Source: Octopus vulgaris
Taxonomy: Eukaryota
NCBI GenBank assembly: GCA_951406725.2
Contig: OX597826.1
Span: 55,490,001 to 55,554,000, forward strand
DNA: 64,000 nucleotides
Reading direction: 5' to 3'
The notes beneath the pieces are model-generated. The model made no database searches and was not told the DNA's origin. It saw only the letters and a program-made list of their open reading frames with translations. This document shows, one piece after another, positions 12,490-25,010 of the stretch; position 1 is the first letter of the stretch; every line of letters begins with the position of its first letter. The translations under genes were made by a program, and so were the position numbers.

Positions 12490-12775
12490 CTTCAAAACGT
12501 TTTTGACCCTAAATGCAGATTCTGCAAAGCATTTGACGAAACAGTAGACCATCTCATTTCAGGATGTCCTCTTCTGACACCAAATAAATACAAAAATCGC
12601 CACAATAGGGTAGGACAATATTTACATTGGAAAATATGTAAACACTACAAAATCGGCACTCTTGCTTACTAGTATGAAGATCATCCTGAGCCAGCCGTTG
12701 AAGGTAAAAATGTTACTACCCTCTGGGATTTTCCAGTCAACACTGACAGAACAATCGAGGCTAACTGACCAGAAG
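12490..12775 (+). pseudogene. Fragment of R4/Dong-type non-LTR retrotransposon (CCHC knuckle and restriction-like endonuclease start)
   Basis: CRFCKAFDETVDHLISGCPLLTPNKYKNRHNRVGQYLHWKICKHY...[33 protein letters not shown]: CxxC..ET..H....C knuckle, RHN motif and WDF...DR.I.AN.PD motif of RLE-clade LINEs; in-frame stops. Confidence 0.88.
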
Positions 12776-13599
12776 TGAATGGAATTCTTGCTACAGGTTG
12801 TTGGACATGCGAGAAATAGCAACCTAAAATTCCCTAAAACAAAAAAAAACTGCATTAATAAATTAACAAAGCACGCTGGTAGAATTAAGGCCGCACGCTG
12901 GTAGAACCGTTTGCACGCGGAGGAAAATGTTTAACGGTATTTCTTCCGTCTTCCTGTTCAAAGTTCAAATTCCACCGAGGTCGACTATTCCTAAACGGCA
13001 GTGCATCAGCATGGCCACAGCTCAGAGCTGAAACTAGAGAGAGAAAAAAAAAAACATTTTAAAATGCGGTTTTGGGTATGAATACAAAAATCAAAAAAAA
13101 AAAAAGAAAGCAGCATGGCAACAGTTGGAACGCATATGATAGCATGAGTCTCTTCGAACAGGAGAGCCCGAGGCCAAATAGCAATGGAGATCTGATTAAT
13201 CATATTTCGGTTGTGGTAAATGGAATTCTAGAATAGAATGGTTGTGGAACAATGAAGAATTATTTTAGATTGGAAAAGCTTATATGAGATATATTACATC
13301 ATCAACATAACCAACATTACATACGGAATATTACATCACAAACATGATATTAATAGGTATCATATTTCTTATAAAGTGTAGAGAGGGGAGTGAAGAAAAA
13401 AGTTTAGTGGGGCATAAATTAAAAGTTGCTTAACGATTCGAAAAGTATTAAAAAGAAGTGGAATATTCCATAGTATATATATGGAACTTCTACACGCATT
13501 AGTCCAATGTAGATGTATTGCTGTGTTGTTCTGTTACTATTTTACGTTAAATGGCGTAGTGGCATGCGCGATTTCAGGAAGATAAACGAATGAATATTG

Positions 13600-13946
13600 A
13601 GCCTCCCCGCCCCCCACCATTCGTTCCAAACTGACCGTGGGATTGCACCTTGAAAGTTACTCTCCCAGGCACAAGTCCGGGTAAGGTTGTTTATGGAAGG
13701 CCAGCAGTCGCCCATATTTACCGGCCTCCCCACTCCACGCTACCAGTGTTATCCAAGGGAAAGGCAAAGGGGCCGATACAGCTTGGCACCTGTGACGTCG
13801 CAACTCATTTCTATAGCTGAGTGAACTGAAGCAACGTGAAATAAAGTGTCTTGCTCAAGAACACAACACGCAGCCCGGTCCGGGATTCGAACTCACAACC
13901 TCACGATCGTAAGCTCGACGTCCTAACCACTGAGCCATGCACCTTC
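13600..13946 (-). mobile_element. tRNA-headed SINE (variant D, head related to family C)
   Basis: - strand GAAGGTGCATGGCTCAGTGGTTAGG...GAGTTCGAATCCC then GTGTTCTTGAGCAAGACACTT central motif also seen at 63090-63110. Confidence 0.8.
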
Positions 13947-14547
13947 ACAACGAATGAATACCGGGTATAAAAATATACCGACGGAAAAAATAGGCCGGGA
14001 ATGAGAGGAAAGGTTCTGATCCAAATACAGCTTTAAAATCTGGAGAAAGAATCTGGATCAAGTAGATCTCTCTCGTTATGTGCGTTATGGTGAGGATATA
14101 AGGCCTATGTGCTCCAGTTACAGTGCGACCAGCCCCCTGAAAGCCATCAGCACAGACACACATAGAAGGTCCACATTTGTCAACACCATAGCAACAGTAA
14201 CAACAGCAGCAGCAATTACAACAGTAGCATAAATACAAAAAACAGCAACAGAAGCATCAGCAGCAGCAGCGTTTACATTAGTAGCACCGTTAGCAACAAA
14301 AACAGCAGCAGCCCTGATGACAGCAAAATTAATCCCCAATCAGCAACAAATGACAACGACAACGATAACAGCGAAGACAATATCATCTCAAATTTCGTTT
14401 GATTACGAATGCAGTTCGCCGATCAGCTGGTCCATCTTCTGCTAACAGCCTCTGCTTAGGGTGCATGCTATGTCGTGGCTGATGACTATGAACTGATGCA
14501 GTGACATCATCAGTGATTTCTGAACTGTAAGCGGTATGCTCTCCCTT

Positions 14548-14780
14548 CAAGGCGGCGAGCTGGCAGAAACGTTAGCACGCCGGGCGAAATGCTTAGCGGT
14601 GTTTCGTCTGCGTTACGTTGTGAGTTCAAATTCCGCCGAGGTCGACTTTGCCTTTCATCCTTTCGGGGTCGATAAATTAAGTACCAGTTACGCACTGGGG
14701 TCGATGTAATCGACTTAATACCTATGTCTGTCCTTGTTTGTCCCCTCTGTGTTTAGCCCCTTGTAGGTAATAAAGAAATA
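14548..14780 (+). mobile_element. SINE family B, young copy with perfect 15-bp TSD
   Basis: TSD ggtatgctctccctt at 14533-14547 and 14781-14795. Confidence 0.92.
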
Positions 14781-15136
14781 GGTATGCTCTCCCTTTCTCA
14801 TCTAGTTGCCTATTGCATACCTTTTTGACGGAAGTGCAATACTGTGTCAATAGGAGAACGAGAGTGAGTGCCTAACATATAGTACCTTATCAGATTTGTA
14901 CTAGTAAGTTTTATAGTTAGGGTCCAGTTCGACTGTCTATATTGGTGGTTCCCAAAATGGGCGATACCGTCTCTCTGGGTGCAGTGGATAGATCCAGGGA
15001 GGCGTTGGTGAAAAATGGAGGTGAAAATATGGTAGCCAAAAGGGGGCGAAGGATGTGAAAACAACAAAATAATGGGTTAATGAGGTTGTGAAATACAGTT
15101 CTTTTGAATTTGCTGCTAAAAGTGGTTTACGTTTAC

Positions 15137-15368
15137 TATTTCTTTACTGCCCACAAAGGACTACACACAGAGGGGACAAACAAAGACAGACAAATGGATT
15201 AAGTCGATTATATCGACCCCAGTGCGTAACTGGTACTTATTTAATCGACACCGAAAGGATGAAAGGTAAAGTCGACCTCGGCGGAATTTGAACTCAGAAC
15301 GTAGCGGCAGACGAAATACGACTACGCATTTCGCCCGGTGTGCTAACGTTTCTGCCAGCTCGCCGCCT
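15137..15368 (-). mobile_element. SINE family B, inverted relative to 14548-14780
   Basis: Reverse complement of family B; TSD core aagtggtttac at 15120 and 15372. Confidence 0.9.
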
Positions 15369-15409
15369 TATAAGTGGTTTACATTTATGATGGTAAGTGG
15401 GATGAGTGT

Positions 15410-15670
15410 AACGCTAAGGAGCGGCAACCTGAAAATGTTTAGGACCCACAAATCTGTCTGAACAAAGTTCATCCGCGAGTGTGACGCAAGAAGGCGGCAA
15501 CCTGAAAATGCTTGGGACCCGACGATAGAAGGCAGCAAGCTGAAAGTGTTTGGGATCCATAGATCTATAAAAGCAAAGTTCATCCGTAAGTGCGACGCTA
15601 GAGGGCAGCAACCTTGACAAAATTTGTGAACAACAGATCTATTTAAACAAAATTCATCCGTGAGCACATC
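15410..15670. repeat. Diverged ~73-74-bp tandem repeat, ~3.5 units
   Basis: GCAACCTGAAA-like anchors at 15424, 15497, 15535, 15608; TTCATCCG at 15468, 15579, 15653. Confidence 0.8.
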
Positions 15671-16439
15671 TAGTAACTCCTTCTCCGACATGGCATAACC
15701 AGCACTTCTTTGCACAGTGCAACTTTCTTCTATTTAAGAAAGCAGAGTTCGATCTGAAAGAGAATGTGCAACTGTGTCAGGCTGTACTGAGAAGCTTCCT
15801 ACTCAACACGTTAGCACATGTGTTTAGCTGTAATTCATCTCCGATCAAATAGCGACACGATCCAAGGTTCTCTGAGTGTAAAAGAGAGAATACATCCGAG
15901 CTGTGACCCTTCTCTCCTTCGTATCCAGGCATAAGGTACTCAAAAACACTTTATTTGGTGTGATTCCTTCTTACTTTAAAACACCAGAACATAATTTGTG
16001 AGAGATTTGGTTTCTATTTCCAGCAGGCCGAACGACCGCTTTGAGACTCCCTAAATGGTTAAATTTGATTACATATATACGTAATCAAATTTGGAACAAT
16101 GTGAAATGGTAGTTTATAGATTCTAACTTGAAAATGGAAGATTCTATCTGCTATTTCTTGGCAAATATTTCTTATTTTAGAGAATTTATCAAGATGGAGA
16201 AAGTGTGGATTCGACAAAAATTCTTCTGGTAAGCAACAGCTAGCAACAAATTGCTTTATCTATTGTACCAAGAGATTACCATTCTTTTGTGCATATTCCT
16301 GTTAAATCTTCTGACAGAATGACGTATCAATACGGGAGAGGAGGGAGTCTAGGATGATGAGGAGGACGGGGAGGATGAGAATAAGGAGAAGACAGAAGTG
16401 GAGAAAGAGGGGAAAGCGAAATAGGAGGTGGGAGAGGTC

Positions 16440-17095
16440 ATGATGGTGGCGGTAATGGTAGTGGAAGTGGAGGTGTTGATGTGGTGATGGTGGTGGTGGT
16501 AATTGGAGAACGAGTTACAGAATAAGTGTAAAAAGAAGACGAAGACGAGGAAGAGAAGGACAAGGAGGAGAAGTAGTGGGAGGCGGAAGAAGAAATTCTG
16601 CTGCTGATGATGATGATGATGATGAAAGAGAAGGAAGAGGTGGAAGTGGAAACGGAGAAGGACGAAGCGGAGGTGGAGGAAGCGGAGGAGGAGGAAGCAG
16701 TGGAGGAGAAGGAAGCGGAGGAGGAGGAAGCAGGAGGAGCAGGAGGAGCAGGAGGAGCAGGAGGAGCAGGAGGAAGAGGAGCAGCAGCATCAGCAGAAAA
16801 AGAAGAAGAAGAAGAAGAAGAAGAAGAAGGAGGAGGAGGAAGAGGAGAAGAAGAAGAAGAAGAAGGAGAAGAAGAAAAAGAAGAAGAAGAAGAAGAAGAA
16901 GAAGAAGAAGAAAGAGAAGAGGAAGAAGACGAAGAAGAAGAAGAAGACGAAGAAGAAGAAACAGAAGAAGAAGAAGAAGAAAAGATGAAGAAGAAGAAGA
17001 AGAAAATCTGGTGTTGGTGGTTGTTAGTGTTGATCATGGCGGATATGGTGACGATAATGATGATGGCTGTAATGGTGGTGCTCACGATGGTGCAA
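16440..17095. repeat. Polypurine (GGA)n/(GAA)n and (GGT/GAT)n low-complexity tract
   Basis: Direct reading; source of the poly-E/R/S ORFs. Confidence 0.92.
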
Positions 17096-17683
17096 GAGAA
17101 AATAATTGAGTTTCACATTAAATCAAAATTGAATTCTATTGCTGCAAATTTGATTTTCTCTAACGAAAAATACTATTTTCCGTTTGTTTTCGCTTCCACT
17201 CAAAAATTGATAATGAATTCACAAGAATTAAATAACTGTTAAACGAAAATACGCACACACACACACACACAAACACACATCTACATCTCTGCACGTGCAC
17301 ACCAACACACATACACATGTATATCTATACATACATACATTCACTTGCATGTATATGTACGTATATATATATATATATATATGTATGCTTATGTATGCAT
17401 GTATGTATATGTATGAAGCTAAACAAATTTAAAACCAAATGAAAAATCATCAAAATTGCAAAATAATCAGGCAAAAGAGAGATTTATGGCTGCTTTGAAT
17501 GCGAAATGACAGCATTATTTTGCTCTTGTTTGTCTTCCTGATTTTGCTTTGGGATTTTTATTAGGAGGCGGGGCTACGTGAGGGGTTTCTATTTTGGTGC
17601 TTAGAAGTAAAGTTACACCAGCGAGTATGCATTCTCAGATTATGTCTCCCAAATTTTCTCTCCTTAAAATATGTATGCATGTA

Positions 17684-17754
<71 letters not shown>

Positions 17755-17783
17755 TATTTATTTATATATATATATTTATATAG

Positions 17784-17841
<58 letters not shown>

Positions 17842-17917
17842 GTGTGTGAGAGTGTGTGTGTGTGTGTGTATGTGTATATATATGCATATATATATACACT
17901 TATATATATGCATATAT

Positions 17918-18003
<86 letters not shown>

Positions 18004-18004
18004 C

Positions 18005-18072
<68 letters not shown>

Positions 18073-18098
18073 TTATTTATATATATATATTTATATAG

Positions 18099-18165
<67 letters not shown>

Positions 18166-18203
18166 AGAGTGTGTGTGTGTGCGTGTGTATGTGTATATAT
18201 ATA

Positions 18204-18243
<40 letters not shown>

Positions 18244-18282
18244 CATATATATATGTGTGTGTGTGTATGTATGTATGTATAT

Positions 18283-18420
18283 CGTTGAAATTTACAGAAA
18301 AACAAAAGACAGGTGTATTAGTTTAACGCTTGTTAAGATGATGAAGTATTTTACGTTTCGAGCGTACGCTCTTCAACAGAAAGGAACACGATGAAATAAA
18401 CAGAGAGAGAATAAAAAGAC
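18283..18420 (-). mobile_element. Short dispersed repeat with variant hammerhead-like motif (family H1)
   Basis: - strand CCTTT-CTGTTGA-A-GAGC gtac GCTC-GAAA-CG-TA-AAATAC at 18346-18384; homologous copies at 34790-34975 (-) and 37060-37222 (+). Confidence 0.7.
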
Positions 18421-18998
18421 ATAGTTAAGTAGTGTATTTCCCAAACAGGGGTCAATAAAAGCTTTCTGAGTGGATTTTCTTAGGCAAGAAAAACACCTGG
18501 AAAAACAACAGACGCCAATTAGACTTTCACAGTATATATATTAACGCTTAGTAAAAGTTTTAGATAACAGAATAGGAGTGGAATTGACGTTTCGAGTATT
18601 GTTCTTCTTGGGAAAGACGAAAAATCCAAAGAGGAAGGAGAAATAGTCCGAGGAATAGCATGTGTGTGTACGTTTGTGCGTGCGTTCGTGCGTGTGTGCG
18701 TGTGTGTGTGTGTGCATGCGTGCGGGTGTCTATGTGTGTATCTGCTCGTGTATGTCCACTACTACCGCTGAACAACTACAGTGAATGTTCCGCGTGTTAT
18801 TCTTAAGAAGTCTTAAAAATATTTCTTTTGAATTTCTACATAATGGTAGCAAGCTCTGGGGTAAACGAGAAAGCCGATTACTTCTTACTCGGTGCACCGC
18901 TGAAACATAAAAGGCAGCATCGATCTTGGCGGCATTTGAATTCAAAGAGTAAAAAGCCAGCAGAAATACTGCCAACGATTTTGTCTAGCACGCTAACA

Positions 18999-19306
18999 TG
19001 GCCTACTGGTTAGAGCAGCAGACTCGCGGTCGAGGGATCGCGGGTCCGAATCTCAGACTGGGCGATGTGTGTGTTTATGAGCGAAACGCCTAAGCGATTC
19101 AGCAGACTCCAGGAGAAGGTAATGGCGAACTTCTGCTGACAGTTTCGCCTCAACTTTCTCTCACTCTTTCCTTCTGTATCTAGCAGCTCAGCTGCGACGG
19201 ACAGGCGTTCCCGTCCAGGTGGGGAACCTATATGCCAATGAAAACGGGAAACCGGCCCTTATGAGCCAGGCATAGCTCGAGAAGGAACAAACAACTCAAC
19301 AGCAAC
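18999..19306 (+). mobile_element. SINE family C-like copy with 21-bp TSD, inserted in an older - strand family B relic
   Basis: TSD attttgtctagcacgctaaca 18978-18998 / attttgtctagctcgctaaca 19307-19327; tRNA-like head TGGCCTACTGGTTAGAGC...GGGTCCGAATCTC. Confidence 0.85.
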
Positions 19307-19540
19307 ATTTTGTCTAGCTCGCTAACAAATCTGCCAAATAACCGCTTATTGTTATCAATTTTGAAACAAGGCAAACAGTTTTAGTGGCTGGGAGTGAAAT
19401 GGTCGAAAACATAGTCGCAAGAGAGTTTTTAAAACTGACTGAATATTGAGGTGTGTGTGTGTGTGTGTGAGTGTGTGTGAGTATATATGTATATATCTAT
19501 GAATGCATATGTATGATTGCTTTTATGTATATACACACAT

Positions 19541-19583
<43 letters not shown>

Positions 19584-19820
19584 CATACATACATACATAG
19601 ATAGATAGATAGACAGTCACACAGACAGACAGACAGATAGATAGACAGACAGATAGACAGACAGACAGATAGATAGACAGACAGACTGACAGACAGACAG
19701 ACAGACAGATAGATAGATATAATGATAGATAGATAAACAGACAGACAGACAGATAGACGGACGGAAGGACAGACAGACAGACAGATAGACGGACGGAAGG
19801 ACAGACAGACAGACAGATAA

Positions 19821-19895
<75 letters not shown>
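19541..19895. repeat. (GATA)n/(GACA)n tetranucleotide microsatellite
   Basis: Direct reading; similar tracts at 24184-24272, 32110-32600, 63930-64000. Confidence 0.95.
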
Positions 19896-20740
19896 TGAGA
19901 ATGATAGTTTTCACATTCTGCGGTGGTGTATTTGGACTTTTAGCACCCTGTCTATCTTGGATACAGCTGTTGCTTTGTCTCATTGTGTCAGACTTGCTTC
20001 AAAGAAACCTCTAGTGAAAAGCATTTTGTATGTAATAATCCTGCTTATGTTCAGATATTATGTATATATAAGGGGCTACAATACCCTCGCGTTCAACCCC
20101 CTTCTATATAGTATAATCGATTATTCGATTTAAATTTGGTTTTAGAGTTTGGCACAGGCCCAGCAATTTCGGGGAAGAGGCAAGCACCAGTGTTCAAATG
20201 GTACAGATTTTATCGATCTCAGACGGATGAAATGCAAAGTCGGCCCCGACGGAATTTGACCTCAGAATTTAAAGAAGGATGAAACACTGGTAAGCATATT
20301 GCCCGCCCCCGCCTGATGTGCTAACAGTTCTGCTCCACTCGCCGCCTTATGCTCAATTAATGTATTGAGATACATCTCTTGACTGCACTTTCTAACAGAT
20401 AGTTCAATCGGGTAGTGATTTCCTCTATGGCTCGTGTCTGAAATTTCGCTTTTATTTATTTTTAACATTTTTGTCTGTGGTTATGTAAATAGAAATGTAA
20501 ATATATATATAATATGGAATCTATAATGATCTTTTACGCAATATAATTTCGTTAAAGTTAATCTTAAGACAACATTCGGGTGGTCGGTTCATCTTCCACC
20601 TATATCGATCTTTGTTAAATCGATAGGTCCATAAATAATTTTTGTTTGTGGTTAGTGTATACGAAACGAACCCAATAAAATGTGTACACACGCCCGCAGA
20701 CGCACTCACACAACAATCACGCACACATGTATGTATATAC

Positions 20741-20780
<40 letters not shown>

Positions 20781-21877
20781 TTCTAATTATCAACCTATAT
20801 ACGGACATATATATTTATGCATGTGTGTATATACACGCACACACACACAAACATATGCACACATAATAAGTACATGTATACAAACACACGGATGCCTACG
20901 TCGCCCTTATGTGCGAATACGTGTATGTATGTATCAACTAGTTCGTATAAGTTAACAAGGACAACACCAAGTCTTAGAATAAAACAAAATTTAACTCCTT
21001 AAGTAAATAATGATTATCATATTTCCCCTTCTCTTTCATTATTTACATATACATACCAATATATATATATATATATATATTCTCTTCTGGACGTGGTGTG
21101 TTGGTGGTTGGTCCGTGTACGTGCGTTTTTGCATGCATAAACTATGAAATCTGATTACAGGACGTTGAAATTAAACAGTTGCATTAAATTACAAACAATA
21201 GTAAGCTTCCTGCTAATTATATTATTAGGTTTTCTTTAGAATATTAAATAAAATTTGAAGCTGGTTCCAGGAAGGAAATAAAGTTAAAGGCAAAAAAAAA
21301 ACTACTACTACGACTACTGATGATGTTGATGATGTTGATGATGATAATAAAATGCTAAATAGTGCCAAGTAACACAAGCAAACAAAAGTGATAGAAGCAA
21401 TACAATTAATACAAAAAAAAGTGAAAAAAAAAAGGAAGAAAACATGAAGTTCTTTGATGAGGCTGTTGTAAGAACGTGAAGGAAATCGCCAAAGGAAGGC
21501 AAAAACGAGAAAAGAAATACGAAAAGTAAAGGATGGTTAAATTTAAAAAATGCTTATAAGCAATCACTTCCAGCACCTTGGGGTATGTACACATCGAGAA
21601 ACACACTTCATTTCGCTTTTCTATCATCTGTTGAGCATCTTCATGCTGTTTTTGTCTTTGTCTTTCGTTTTATCTTCTTTATCTATCTTGCCACATGTGA
21701 AAATAATAAATAAAAAAAAAACAAGAAAAAAAATCAAGAAAAAAAAATACAAGTGTTTGGCTCCGTTTCCATTCGTCAGATTGATTGGAGTCCAAACATG
21801 ATCAACCATCTTATTCTTCTTTCCCTCGTGATAAATCATACGATATTTACATATTTATGAAATTACATTCCACACAT

Positions 21878-21920
<43 letters not shown>

Positions 21921-23421
21921 CACACATGCTCACAAAAACGCGGACACTCATATACATATACATATGCATATACATATATGTTTATCGTTTCGATCTGTCT
22001 GTATTTCTATATTTTTATGTCAGCTTTGCAGCATTTTAAAGTAAACTTTTGCCTTGATTTATCATCAATCTAACTACATTTTCCCGAGAACACACACATA
22101 AACACGCGTGCAAACGGACGTACGAGCACATCATATATTACACACATATATATGTATGTGTGTATGTGTATTACACATAGTTATATACACATATATACAC
22201 ATATATGAATATATATATATATATACATACATAGATATAATCATATACATATATATGTATATATTGATACACATACACGCATATATATATAAATAAATAT
22301 ATATATATACTATATATATATATACTATATATATGTATGTATATGTATGTATTTAATGTAAAGAACACGTGCGCCGTAGTCGTAGCTGTTTACATTTGTA
22401 TATGTCCGCACGTTCGTGCGCGCGCGTGTCCATGTAAGTGTGTGTACGTTCGTGTGTAAAGAGTCTTGTGTATGGTGAGTGCGGTGGGTGTCCTGGATTG
22501 CACACTTGTCCTTCATTGCCACTAATAGAAATGAAAATACTGCCATAGTAAACAGTCGTCAACTTAACATTAAAATCAAAATATTAATAAGATGTCATGG
22601 CCAGACAAAAGTTGGCGCCGCTTGCAACAGTGGCAAACAGAACAGAAAGCAAAAAAAAAAGAAGAAAAACCAGCAAAGCAAATATAAAAAGCTACCCTAA
22701 ATCACTTCTGTATGTCACTTTCTCTGTCTGTCTGTCTGTATGTCTCTCTCACATCCTCCCTGTTTCTCTCTCTCTTTCTCTGAGTCTCGTATGACTTAGC
22801 TAACACGGTGTATGGAATACAACGTTAAGTGTGAAGGAGTCGGCAGAGCAAAATCTATTTTCTTCATCTGATCTGATCTGACAATCATTCTAGTTATGAT
22901 AACATGATAAAGCGCTCAATGATAAAAGATTGTGTGTGTGGGGTGAGTTTGTGTGTGTGTTTTTAGTAATATGTTTGACGGCAGAAACGACAGGGAGCCA
23001 TGGTGCCATAAAACAGCCAAACTCCTACAGATACCAATCTCTTGAGTAAGAAACTATTGTTCCAGATGGAAATGAATAAAGAGACACAAAGAGTCAGTAG
23101 AAAGTGGAAAACGACTAGTATCGAAACCGCAGAACTATTCAGAACATTGGTTAGACAAAAAAAAACCCAAACTTATGTGGTGTCTAAAATGTTAACGTGA
23201 GATTAATTTTTAATCTCTCTCTTTCCCTCTCTACCCCATCTCTCTCTCTCTTTCTCTCTCTCTCTCTCCGTCATATACACACACGCAGATGCATAGTGTT
23301 TCCCTCCTCACACACATACACACACCACAAACATTAATTAATTCCTTAAAAGCCTTCACTCTCTCAGAAATATATATATATATATGTGTGTGTGAGTGTG
23401 TGTGTTAAATGTATGTATATA

Positions 23422-23480
<59 letters not shown>

Positions 23481-23728
23481 CAAATATAAATATTAAATAT
23501 TAAATATATATATATACATATATATATACAAATATGAATATTAAATATAACTATACGTAAAAATGTAAATTTCTATTCATACACATTTATATAAGAATCA
23601 ATATACATCCAAGTATATGTATATAATTATATGCATACATACATGTGTATATATATATAGCTATATATATATATATATACATATATCTTATATATAAATA
23701 TATATATATATGTACCTTTTCTATGTGC

Positions 23729-23769
<41 letters not shown>

Positions 23770-24182
23770 AACATGCACATCGATTCTATATTCATTCAAT
23801 TGGATCTTCCTTCCACTCCAAAGAATTTTAAACGTTTCAAACTTCAGTTTAGTCTTTCACGTCGATGAATCCTGAGCACAATTTAATTAGTGCGAAGAGA
23901 TGATCCAGAAACATACACGATCAATATGAGCAAAGAATCCCTTATAAGACAAGAATGGATCCACATTGATGATTTAAATTGGATCTCCTGTTCAAAATAA
24001 CGTATCAGGAAATTTAATTTGATCACATGTTCATAACAATGGATCAAGAATTTATTTTCTAATGTGGGGTAATATATTAAAGCGTACGTTGTTTATCTCC
24101 CCTTTTCTCATTCCCAGTTCTTCTCTCGCTATCTCTCTCACCATCTCTATTCATGTATGTTTATAAATGATTATATCTTTAT

Positions 24183-24276
<94 letters not shown>

Positions 24277-24461
24277 AATTGATAGGGATATGAAATGTAT
24301 ATATGTATATCATATATGAAATGCATATATATCGATAGAAATATGAATACGCATATACATCATATTACATATCGATGATATATAATACATATATTATATA
24401 ACGATATTTCTACATATAAAATACTTATAATATGTATGCATCTTATGTGTATAATATAGGT

Positions 24462-24506
<45 letters not shown>

Positions 24507-24596
24507 GGCAAGAATGACGTGGAGGGGATTCAGAGGTAGTATGCATCAAGTGTTAGACATTATGTTATGTCTATTTATTTTATACAATTATGAGAA

Positions 24597-24990
24597 TATA
24601 TATACAGGTATAAAGATTGTGTTTTACATATATAAGTACCAGTAATTTCTAGAATAGAGAAAGAAGAACAGTTTTTTACAGGTGTTTCTGCCAAGCGGTC
24701 ACAGTACCCTACATATTATTTCCATCTTTTTAATGTACTGTAGTGATCGATAGACAAAATTAGGTTACTTGGGTGTGTGTCAAGTCTTCATCAGAGAGTT
24801 TAGAAGAGGATCTAAAAAGTACTCTAATTTTATCTACCGATCACTACAGTATATTGAAAAGATGGAAATAACACATGGAGTACTGTGACCTGTTGACAGA
24901 AACAGCTGTTAGAAACTGTTCTTCTTTCTCTATTCTAGAAATTACTGGTACTTATATATGTAAAACACAATCTTTACACACGTATATATA
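24597..24990. mobile_element. Second foldback element (167-bp arms) with hammerhead-like remnants
   Basis: Arms 24597-24763 and 24824-24990 are imperfect reverse complements; right arm has GAAA-CAGCTG-TT (24899-24910); loop has - strand CTGATGA-AG-ACTTG acacacacc CAAGT (24794-24767). Confidence 0.75.
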
Positions 24991-25010
24991 GTGTTATAAT
25001 TGTTTAAAAT

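Noticed and set aside
13870-13946. tRNA gene (also SINE heads at 3235-3310, 10350-10424, 63120-63197)
   Set aside because: A/B boxes present, but no closed acceptor stem, and the sequence continues into a SINE body.
16438-17242. 177-215-aa Glu/Arg/Ser-rich ORFs
   Set aside because: Product of the (GGA)/(GAA) tract; no domain or splice support.
21754-21798. Hairpin TGTTTGG-CTCC...GGAG-T-CCAAACA as pre-miRNA
   Set aside because: Stem only ~11 bp with a 22-nt loop; no known mature miRNA recognised.
22597-22794. ORF starting MARQK (histone H3-like MARTK start)
   Set aside because: Similarity stops after five residues; the rest is A-rich low complexity.
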